A stretch of DNA of 64,000 bases from assembly GCA_002633005.1 (NCBI GenBank), contig NMRA01000038.1, positions 145,154-209,153 on the forward strand. Direction: 5' to 3'. Positions within the stretch are counted from its first letter, which is position 1, and every line of letters starts with the position of its first letter. Origin of the DNA: Phoronis australis (taxonomy: Eukaryota > Animalia > Phoronida). Position numbers and translations under genes: made by a program. A model generated the notes under the pieces. That model was given only the letters and a program-made list of their open reading frames with translations. It searched no databases and was not told the origin of the DNA. Positions 11,163 through 23,100 of this stretch are shown in pieces.

Positions 11163-14100
11163 TGATGATAATATTAAAATAGTAATAATAGTACTCAAAT
11201 GTGTATTTCCGGATCCCTATTCTTATATTACATGTATAATGATCCTGAAATACACATGGAACTGTTTCAATATATGTTATAGTTGATGTATTGAAGTAGT
11301 GATACAATCATGTACTTCAGTATCATTATTAAGTAGATACAGCAGCAGACGTAAAAATAATGACACTAGGGGTCACCACAGCAGTTGACCTGACTGAAAA
11401 TTCACACCAGAAGTAACACTCTGCTAACAGCGTCCGACAAAAGCCAAGTTTTTAATGCATTTTTACTTTTTCCACTCGTATTTTTTACCATTTCCACTAG
11501 CAATTCAGAGATCATCATAACGCAGTTTGTCTAAACATTGAAAACTATGGTACACAACATAAAAAGATAGAGCACTTATTTTGTAGTTCTACTTAATAAA
11601 TCTTTCAAGAAATAATAGATTTTCACTTGCCACCACATCACGTCTTACTTTGGTGACATTTTAACAGTAAAGCCAAATCTTGAAACACTACAACACCGTC
11701 TCTGAAACTGTGCTGAATTCCTTACACTTCCCACAGTACAACAGTGCCCTTTCTTATTCAACAGTATTTACCCACAATGCTAGGCATCTGTAGGGCACTT
11801 ACTAACACACTAATAACTATTTTATAGCTTGATAATTGTGGCATTCTTCATTCTAATGCCAGTAAAGTTTTACTGCCAGTTTCAAGTACACTGCAATCAA
11901 AACACTAAAAAATTGAAAACCTGGGTATAGGACTCGAAATAATCTTTCATGTCCATCTATGCTCAGAACATTTAACCATTTGAAATGAAAAACTAGGTCA
12001 ATGCAATTTTCCATTTCCAGAAAAGGGGACAGCTGATCACAGGATGTGATTCTTACCAACATTGCACAACTGCTAATTTAAAATAAGTACCACAACTACT
12101 CACCTTCCTGTGACAAACTGCAGTACCATAGTACGGTCTTGTTCGGAGAGTTCCTCAACCACCTCCCAAAACCATTTGATGACAGGAGAATCAGAAGTGT
12201 AGCCCAGGTACTCTGTGTTTACCTTCCAGTCGTCCATATCAATGTGAGGCATGCCTGATAGCAGCAGCTCCTGCGAAAACAACGACTATGAGACACATAC
12301 CACGCATGGTAGGTTGCTCGAGGAGAGCACACAGACCTGAGAATGATCAGAAGACTGACTAACAGAAATTTATGCTATGGAGGATGGAGGTAAGCAGGGA
12401 TCATTTTATAAAAACATTGACATGGGTTTAATTAAATATTGTGGAATTTGAACGCATGACCTTGAGAACAGGAGGCAGACACTCAACCCACCAGGCCACA
12501 CTGATTTGTTTTGAAAACAGAATGTTAAACTAGCACATACCAACTCGTATTCATCAAACATCTGTACAAGTGACTGGGGTACAAACATATGGAATCCGAC
12601 CAGGAAACTGTCAATTTGAGGCTGGATAGCTCTGGTCATGCGCAGTTCAGTGACCAACTGGACATACTCCTCCTGGAAATACGACAAAGGTCAGTTTGGT
12701 GAATATTTTCATTCAATAATTTGACAGCAGCCCCTCCTGCTGACAAAATTAACAAGCAGACTACCACGAGACAAGTTAGAACAGCCTTGAAAATTCTGCC
12801 ATAGTAATCATCAGTTTTCTTTATGTCTCTTGGTCGTCTGCTCTAGTGTTGCGAAGCAAATAACTGTCAAAGATACAGAGAGCTCAAGTGAACATCATTG
12901 AAAATTATTAATCGTGAACATTGTTGTGTGTTCAACAAATTTTATCAATAAGAGAATAAGTCAGAAGGCTCTGCACGATGAATGTATACATGTAGCTACA
13001 TTCAAGGTTTCTTTGCTAACAATACCAAGTTATCAAAAGACTTTTGACCTGACGAGAACCATTATAGTGATAGTGCTGTAATAGTAATTTTTCATTAATA
13101 GCTGTCATTTTGATGATTATGATACGGATGTTTGGTGGTGACGTGTCTGCCACTATTGACACAATTTGGAGCCGCAAATAGGAAATGAAAGGCACAATCA
13201 CATCACATTTTCAAAAATTCCTCAGGGCTTGGATTGCTACCCATTCAGGTAATCACAGGGACATTTTAGCACTAAAAAACTTTTAAGCATATTATGTGTT
13301 TGTCGCACTCCAACAATGGTTGCATTTTTTGTATGGTCGCATGGAGTTGAGAACGATTAAGATTTTACCAAATCCATAAATTATTTTCAAAATGCTTACA
13401 ACGCTACGTAAAGCTGGCCTAAGTAGTATTTCTGATTTTAATTTTGGCATTTCACTTTAATTTTACTGGGTCCAGAATGTCAGAATGGTAAATTGATTAC
13501 TTTATTCAGTTTTTAACAAACTGTAACACACGAAAATCTTTTCACAACGGAAGAACAGCACTTTTCAAACAGATCACATCACAAGCAAGTTTCAAACCCT
13601 GCAGGCAGCAACAGTAGTGAGACAAACCTTGTTCTGTTCCGTGACAGAAATGTCAGTGCCCCCTGGTCTGAGTTCTACTTCCTCCATCATGCCGAAAACA
13701 TCAGTTTCGATAGCAAAGGTCAAGTCAAGGCCAAGGTCAGATATGTCATGGTCCAGAATCCACTGCAAAAATTTTTTATAACTATCTGAGGTCCGTTTCA
13801 TGAAAAGTGTCTTAAGACAGAAATCTGGCTACCACTTCACAATTGCTGAATATGGAGGGTTCAGCCAAGTTATCATGACAGCATAACAGCGAGGAAATAA
13901 TTTATTCAAATTATATATGATTTAATCACTAGTTAGAAGTTACGAGTGTAAAGTTTACTGTGTGCGAATATTTGGATATGGACAACTTTACCGAGTCGAG
14001 TATAAAAGGAAGACACCAAACGACATCGTGACTATAACTGGAAGTGTATTGAATATAGGTCAATGCTTAAGACAATATAAAGAGTCGCTTATGGCATACA

Positions 14101-17100
14101 TACGTTATAATGAGTATATCGGTTCTCATTGACTTTGCACTTAAGCTTGATGCAAGATTTTAATTATTTCTCATTAAGGACTAAATTTCTGCCTAAGTCT
14201 TATGTCACTGTTAATGAAACTGACCACAGGTCACAAGAACATGACTGGGGAATCAAACAAAAGCCCACCTATAGGAGAAAGAAATGAAAATGTAACATCA
14301 TTTACCAGAGTGACCGCAATCCTTTCAACATTAGTTCAGAAGTCTACATCACCTACGGTTTATTTAGTTCTCAAGCAACATTCTAAAATTAATTTTAATC
14401 AAGTGCTTTCAGCAACTTATTATTTAAAGGGTGAATATCCTGAAATATTCACAATGTGAATACAAACTTTTCAGTAAATCTGTAAATGAAACTTACATAT
14501 AAAAAATACATGCACACAATTTCATTTCGGAATTCTTTCAAGAGAAAGTGCTGGCATGTACCTTACAGGATATAGCAATCTGAGAAGTTTGGTTTGTAAA
14601 AACCTCTTCACTAATCTTCTAAAAGGTTGATAATGGTCAAACATCAACAAATACTCAAGGGACACAACAATTGTAATGAGGTATTACCTGGAGATTCTTT
14701 GCATAGTCAGGGTCAATAGACGCTACATCGTTGTAATTCACAGGAATACCTGTACAACAAAATAATACTACAGTCGAATCAACTTCCTACAGAGACTCAT
14801 GGTATTAGTCTACCGTTACACGGTATCTCAGTGGTTGAGAAAAGTAAATATTTTGCCCTCCATATATTTTGGTGCATTGTTTAAAAGCACTATTCGTTTA
14901 CAAAAAATCGACAAAATATCACACAAATCATCAACTTTCGTCTAATACATGGCTGAAGTTGCAAAGAAACGTTGACCATGTCAGAAGATTCTTTGGAAAA
15001 ATCCTTTCTGGAGTAGACTCATGATTCAGGTATTGGCTACAACAGTGTTCTATTGAGAACTCATAAGTGACTTTGAAAATAGCCACCTCACGTGTCACCC
15101 AATTAAAACAACAGAGAGCAAATTGCAGTCACATCATATAACACAAGCATGAACAGACCACCACAGGAGCAGAGGTACACCACTATAACTTGCTGCTGAT
15201 CTCTGATACATGGACACTCAACCACATTTTCTTTATTACTGTCATTATCCCTACAGTAAACCTTTGTTATGCAACAGTCAGTGCTCACCGAGAATGTGCT
15301 TGTAAAACGAGCGTGTAAAGTAGACGTTGAGAAGTTGCCTGTGGTAAAGGGCGAGACTCATGATTTGACCAGCGAATCGGAAGTAGTTCAAGTGGTCGGG
15401 GTTGACAGATGAGTTACAGTTTGGCTGGAACGTAGAGCCTAAAACAGTTATAACAAAGTCATTACAGCACCACAGTGATATGATGTCACACATTAATTAA
15501 TACAAAGCAGCGACTTTCTCGGATCCTTCTGACCATCAAGGCGAGGGTAAACTTGCCCTTCGTGGCCAGGAATTTTGAAACTACGGTATTGAGTTGCGAC
15601 TGGGTATGGCCTTCTCCAGCTTAAAAGGGGAAATTCCAGGATTTTTTTGGCAAAGAATACCTTGTTAGTTTATCAGATGTCATTTCTTGGAAAAATGATG
15701 AAGTTCAAACTCGTAGATTCCAAATACTGGTATATCATTATACTGTCTACCTATTGTAAAAACTTTGACATTTTTTTATTTTTGTCACCTTTTTAAAAAA
15801 TTGATCGTTAGTTATTGCTCATAAAAGAATACTGATAATTTTTGTGGTTCTGTGAACCCCTAGAATATGTTTCTTCGTTGCTATATTCAAAATCCAGCTA
15901 CAAATGGCTTCGATTGCAAAGCCTGAGTCAACTCAAAAACCCAAATGTCACTATTGACTACTTCTTCTAAGAGTGGAAAATGTAAGTTTCTTATCCCGAC
16001 AAGCATGGCTTACCATCAGCGGACTGAGTGAAGAGAGCGTAGTCCGGATTAAGGATTTCCTTGGAGAGAACGTCGAACCATTCCTTGACTACTCCGTGAC
16101 CTACACCTTCTTCACCAGTAAACCGTACAGCTATACTCTTCTTCAGTTTGTCGGGAGAACTCTTGAAAATTTCGTGACAACTAGAGTTGAACAGGTTCTC
16201 TGATGAGAAGGAGAAAATGGCATACATGTACGAAGTTAGAGCTATAGTGAATCATATCCCATATCCTAAGTCTCCTTGTATGAAGCAAAAAGGAGTCATA
16301 TTCTTTACAGAGCCACCTTCAAAAAGCAGTTTATTTTTGACTTATTAATAACCTACTTTTGCCAATATTCAGAGAGCCTTTTTATGCAAATCATAAACTG
16401 GCCTCTAAAAAGTCATTGCCTTGTCTCACAAAGTCATCCATCATTACTCACAGCGCATCAAAGTTCACAACAAACTCACATGCTCAAACTACAAAACAAC
16501 TGGCAAAGATACAATTATACCTTCTTCTTCACTCGAAATATTTCTTCAACGATCTGAATTGAAACTATATGCACCTGAAGCATTCATCTTTTACAGCAAT
16601 AGCAAAAACCAATGCACACATTTCTCAGAGAACAGATTTGCCTGACATGAGCCAACTTTTCCGTAATCAAGGCTATGTCACGTACTGTACGTGACGAAAG
16701 TAATCAGCCAAAATACCATTTCCACGTCATGATGGCCGATTCTGTTGACGCAAAATGACTTGTAATCAATATTACGGGAACAAAATTCTAATTACAGAAT
16801 AGCTTAGACACTTTACTAAGTGAACTTTCTTGACACTTCCCTTCATTCTCAGTCATGAGGGAAAGCTACTCTCATAATGAATTCGGCTTCCGCCAAGCCA
16901 TCATGAGGGTTCATTGTGTATATTGAACACTTTTGGCTTATACTGTAAGCAATTTTCTAGTCAGTAGTACAAAGAGTTTCTGGGAAACCGTAATCCTAAC
17001 CCTAACTTCTGGCTGCTTGGTGAACTCTGAAGAATCCCTAAATCTACTAGCTGGTAATGCTGCTTTGGATGACCAATATCCCATAATCCTTTTTGCACAG

Positions 17101-20100
17101 GATGTCTGACCTCATCCGTAACAAAGTCAATTCCTTTAACAACAGACAAGATAGTGAAGTATTCTTAACAAGCTTTGCATCATTGATCTTTTAAAAAAGA
17201 GAGGGAAATATTGCATACTGCGGGAAATCGACTCTTGACAGCAGGCAAAAGGAACACAAATTCAGCGTGTCCTGCCACCAGGAGGAAAAAAGGACTTATC
17301 TCATAAATCTTCATTCCATGATAGGCATGCACGTTTTCATGTATCATTAAAAATAGCCAAAGCGAAGAGACTTAAGACCACCCACCTCTGTCCACAGTGA
17401 TGACTTCACTATCACTTGTAGTCGGAATCATCATGACAGCCTCCTCACCATGATTTTTTGGCAAAAGATTCTGGTAAAACCATCTCTTTCTCAGTTCAAA
17501 TGGCTGGAACGATAAAGACCGTTAAGCTCTGAGAACCACACAAATTGTGTTCTTTTGAGCCAATATGCAACATTCTGTGAAGAGAAAGGAAGTCTTCAAT
17601 TTTGAAAGCCTAGTACTTGACCTACAGTACCTTTGAGATTTTAGACACCTTTTGTACCAGATGTTTTCATTAAAAGTTGATGAGTTTTGGACAAAATTCT
17701 TCTGGCTTCATTGAAGCCATGGGGAAAAGACAGAAGGAAAACTGAATATAAAATAAAAACTTAATAATTGGAATTTTTTGCATCAAAATTTCACCCTTTT
17801 TAGACAAAAAGAAACACTGACTGTCAACTTTGTTTGAAACTAGTAGCTAATGAAATACAACTGAATTCTCTAGACTATTGCAAAATGTTTTCAAGTTGAT
17901 GATCGCAGTGAAAAATCTGGAGTTGTTAGCAAAAACACAAATGGGCATTATCTTTAAGCACATGATTCGTTTCCATGACTACCACCAAAATTTCCGCAAA
18001 AATTAGTGCCAAAGTGCAACAAATCTCATATTGAAAACCACATGGCATTCGTTTTTGCCAGTCTTACCTGTGTGTGAATTGTGTTGCTGAACCTAGTCAT
18101 GAGGTCAGGGCACTGTAGCAGGAAGTGAAAGTGGTCAAAGATCACAGTGGGGTTCCTCTTGACCAGACCTTTAAGGGCGACGTCATGTGTAGAAACAAAC
18201 TGCGTGAACCTAGGTGATGTCAAGCTGGAACATCATACATCATACAATGCATTTATTAACATTAAAGGAGAAAACAAACACTTTTGGTTAACATTAATTT
18301 ACTAAAAGTAAATCCTTAACCTCTCAGAGAGCCATTTTCATGTAAATACAAGCCGTTGCCTTTAGCAACACCAGAAAAGTGAGAGGCCAGCAAGAAGGCC
18401 TGGTCATACTTGTGGCATAGAACTTGACACTGATAAATAACTAAGCATAATAATACATCACAGTTAATTTGAAGTACTTGAGAAAAAATGTGTAGTATTG
18501 GAGGAATAAAAAATCGTTTTTAACCCTTATCCTGCGTTAGGCGAGGTCAGCCGACATGCCAATTGTCTTATAAGGCTATGACGAAGATTTACACACAGTG
18601 TATCGTGAAAATCTCCATTAAGTTCTGGACAACTTTTATGTTGGTTTCTTTTCTGTGAAATTAACATTTCCCCTTCAAATTTCCAATTTAAAATTGTTAG
18701 GTCATCAGTCCCCATGACCTTCTTAACAGCTTAGTGTGCAGCAGTAGTGATGACCTACTTAGCACAGCACTCAGGGAAAGTAGTCAGAATAGAGGCTCAG
18801 CAACAAAAAGGTTAAAACATTATATGCCCAACCTACCCTGACTGCTCTCTGCAAGCACAGCACATGTAGAATGCTTGAATCACTGCGCAAATACGCGGTG
18901 ACGTGGTGGATATGACAGACTCGTCAACTGAGATGCTACTCTTCAGTAGTCCACTTTTAACACTAAATGCGTCTTGCTTCTCACAAGCAGTTAGTCCTGA
19001 CTGCGCTTTGACAGGCTGGTCGCTTGATGGGTCTCCTTTTGGACTCATTCCCGAGTCACTTGTTTGCTCACAGGGTAAGCCAACTATCTCCTCGGGAATA
19101 GAGCTATTTTGTGTTTTGGAGGAGATGTCCTCGGTGGGTAGGTTCTGATTGTGTACTGTCTTTTGGCAACTGGATTGGGAAAATTCAACACACAAGATGT
19201 TCATCCATTCTTCTAGAGAGCTCCAGAGAAATTCGAGTCCCTAGATGAAATAATTCAGTGTAAAAATACAAATTTAAACATTATTGTTGTCTATTCTGGT
19301 TAGCTGATGCATACTTTTACAGCACCCCATGCATAGTACACAAACAGACTAAAAAGATAAATAACATACTGTGTATACAGTGGTGGATCTAGGATATCAT
19401 AAGGGGGCTCAACATTTTGTCTCGGGCAATGGCGCAAAGCACAATTCCAGGGGCAGTTGAATTTCTGAGGATGTGGACCTTCTACTACAAAACAAAAGGA
19501 CTACTGAAAAAAATACGGGAGAACGATTGCGCCAGTGGTCTGAATCGGGCACTTGTAATCGGGTCTGAGTCCCCTTCAGCCGCATGTTAATTACCAGGAT
19601 TAATTATTAACTCGATGTTTCCTCACGCTCTTGCTGTTTTATTTTTTGTGGCAGCCACGGGTGGGGGGGGGGGGGGGTTTGGGCCTCCTGTCCCTCCACC
19701 CCAAATCCGCCTATGGTATAAAAAGTGTTGGCTTTGAGGCTGCATTTTAGGACGTGATGCAAAAATGCTAAAAAGAAGACTCACATTGGACACAATTTTG
19801 AAAAGAAATGCAATTAAAGACATTGAGAAGTACAGTAATCAGTGTCCCACCTTGGTTTTCATTTTGTATTTCCAATGATAAAGGTACCATCTGATCAGTC
19901 TCATTTTCCAACATAATTTGTGCGTCATTCTATGTCACCTTAATGGTCTGTGGACTGTTTTCACGGACCACTAAAAATTGAAATGGACCCTAAAAATTTT
20001 GGACGGTGGGTCCACTAAACCACATTATTTGGAAGGGCAGGGCAAATATTGTAAATGCACAAAGTAGCTCCTATTCAGAATGTTTTGCAAAAAGTCAGAA

Positions 20101-23100
20101 ACTGAAGTTAGCATTATTCGACAAACCAAACAAACTTAACTTTATTTGCAAGCAAAAACGCAGATTGATTTTAAGCAATTCAAAAAAATGTTAAAGCTGC
20201 ATCTTGCATCGCTGCAAAAGATACAAACATCAAATTAGGCTTTCACTGTCATAAAATTGACCTCACAGTGACCCGATAGGATTCCATTTCCATTATCAAT
20301 AACAACATCAACCCGATAAGTGAAACAAAAAAATTGCTTGTTTTGTGTCAGCCAATGCTAAAACTGTAAATTCAAAAATGCTGCATGTATGCATTGCCAG
20401 AGACTTGTCTTGAGTTGGTATCGAAAACAGAATCGTATCACGGTAAGAACTATTTTGTCAATGAGTCCAATTTTATGACAATGAAAAGCCTAATTCAATT
20501 TTCGTTTTTTAGACAGTGTGAAATACGGCTTTCAGCGTCAAATAAATTACTTACTTCAAAACAGTGGTCCAACTTTGTGTTTGTTGCGTAGCTTCTCCTC
20601 TGATCATCAACAGGATAGTCAGTGGATTTTGCCAGTTTATAGAGATCACAAAGGAATGTAACACATCGCAATAGGCACTTGACTTGGGTTTCAACCACAC
20701 TTGACACACTAAAAGAGAATTTGAAGAGTAACAGAAATGCTCGTACTTCACTCGGCGGTCGAAGTGAGATAATGGTTTACCTGCATAAGTACAGTTAAAT
20801 CGCGCGATTTTCGAATGGCCCACCATTTTGAGACAAGAATATTAATTCCAAAACGATTTTCCCACGGTCCACGAAGCCCATGTGCAAACAAGGTTGCGTA
20901 ATCTGGGACGGCCCTATTGCTCAAGACCATGCTCAGTGGAGAAAATAACCCACCATAATACACCACCTTGTGGAGCTTACTCTCAACTAATAACAAACTT
21001 TCATCTCTTCCAAGCCTAGACATAACCTCTAACTTGACTAACCAATTTGAGATCCAGGAAGAGTGCCCTAAATAAAGGCAGTTTTTGTGTCAAAAGGCGA
21101 GTTAATAGCCATTTTAAACGAGCTTACCCGTACAACCCACATTCCTTTTATTGAGCTACCCAAGAAATAATAATAGCATGATTGTTTATTGAAATGAGAA
21201 AGTTTCAAAATGACGCAAACCTCAGCAAATGATGACCAGTGGCTGTAGATTGTTCCGCCAGACTTTTTAAGATCTTGCAACACTGGGGAAGGTCCTTCCT
21301 GCAGAAATACGCCAGCACTTGGTACACCATTGCTTCCCTCAAGCTCTCTTTCTGAACCAGCTGAACTAAAGTGGTGAAGAGACCAGGCATATGGCGGATG
21401 ATTTCCTACAAGGAACGGTGAACGCTTGGTAACGGTGAACGCTTGGTAACGACTTAGTTTTCTCATTGCATCCACACCTGAATCATCTTATGAGGTGGAA
21501 TTGAATAAGTTAGTAATTAATTTTGAATGTCCTACGCAAGTATGTAATAATTACACAGTACTTCCTAACCATCCAAAGAAATATCCGAAGACATGAATAT
21601 TGATTATTATATGGTGAAGCAGTTATTTCCCATATCTAGACCCCGATTGAAATCTCGAGTGGGATTTGGATAGCCCCTCAGTTGATAATTACTACTAATC
21701 TAAGGAGTGGTCTAAATTCGGGAAATAAGTGTTGAGTACATGTAATTATCTCTTTATCCTACATACTGAACAATAAACTCTACAAAACTTGCGAAAAGAA
21801 ATGAAATATTCGTTAATCACAGCAAGCCCATCACGTTTTCCTGCCAAAATATTATCGCCCATAGTAAAAACAAGATATTAGGCGGTAGTAACTTACTATT
21901 CAGGCATATACTGGGGGATAATAAATATTAATGTATTATAATAATGTACTACCTCACATGTCTCTAAGTAGCCATTGGCATATAATGGGGGATAATAAAT
22001 ATTTATGTATCATGATATTTATGTAGTACCTCACATGTCTCTGAGTAGCCATTGGCATATATTGGGGGACAATAAATATTAATGTATTATAATAATGTAC
22101 TACCTCACATGTCTCTGAGTAGCCATTGGCATATAATGGGGGATAATAAATATTTATGTATCATGATATTTATGTACTACCTCACATGTCTCTGAGTAGC
22201 CATTGGCATATATTGGGGGACAATAAATATTAATGTATTATAATAATGTACTACCTCACATGTCTCTGAGTAGCCATTGGCATATAATGGGGGATAATAA
22301 ATATTTATGTATCATGATATTTATGTAGTACCTCACATGTCTCTGAGTAGCCATTGGCATATATTGGGGGACAATAAATATTAATGTATTATAATAATGT
22401 ACTACCTCACATGTCTCTGAGTAGCCATTGGCATATAATGGGGGATAATAAATATTTATGTATCATGATATTTATGTACTACCTCACATGTCTCTGAGTA
22501 GCCATTGGCATATATTGGGGGACAATAAATATTAATGTATTATAATAATGTACTACCTCACATGTCTCTGAGTAGCCATTGGCATATAATGGGGGATAAT
22601 AAATATTAATGTATTATAATATCTACAGTACCTCACATGTCTCTGAGTAGCCATTGGCAGCTGCAAGTGATAACGGTGTATCACCAGCTGTGTCAGTTAC
22701 AAACTCAGCGCCTCGTTGCAACAAAATGTGGGCTGTGTCCCGTTGACCATGGCTACAGGCAAAGTGAAGTGGCGTGGCGCCATGCTTATTGGTGCGGTTT
22801 ATGTCAGCACCGTAATCCAACAGGCACCGCACGGTGGCGCCGTGACCGTTCTGGCATGCCACGTGCAGTGCCGTCTGTCCTTGGGCATCCTCCACATCCA
22901 CGTTCTTGACGTAGCGGAACAGATCGGTCAACATCTCAGTGCGGCCATTGACAGCCAACCAGTGAATCTGAAGTGAAAGAGCACATGATAATGAACTCAC
23001 TATTCACTAGGTGGCACTTGCAGAGTCCAGTTTCTGAAACATGTATAACTTATATTTTACACATTTTTCTCCAACTTATGTGAACTCACAATCAAAAACG

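Noticed and set aside
11089-11307. ORF with poly-Ile (also the poly-Leu ORF at 63649-63840)
   Set aside because: Products of (AAT)n and (CAG)n microsatellites.
21068-21475. 135-aa minus-strand ORF
   Set aside because: Alternative frame overlapping HACE1 exon 5; the homologous frame is [10 protein letters not shown]...
21903-22659. CRISPR-like appearance (constant ~30-bp block with intervening sequence)
   Set aside because: The intervening sequences are themselves repeated in two alternating types, the DNA is eukaryotic, no cas genes are present, and the block is a copy of a HACE1 exon end.
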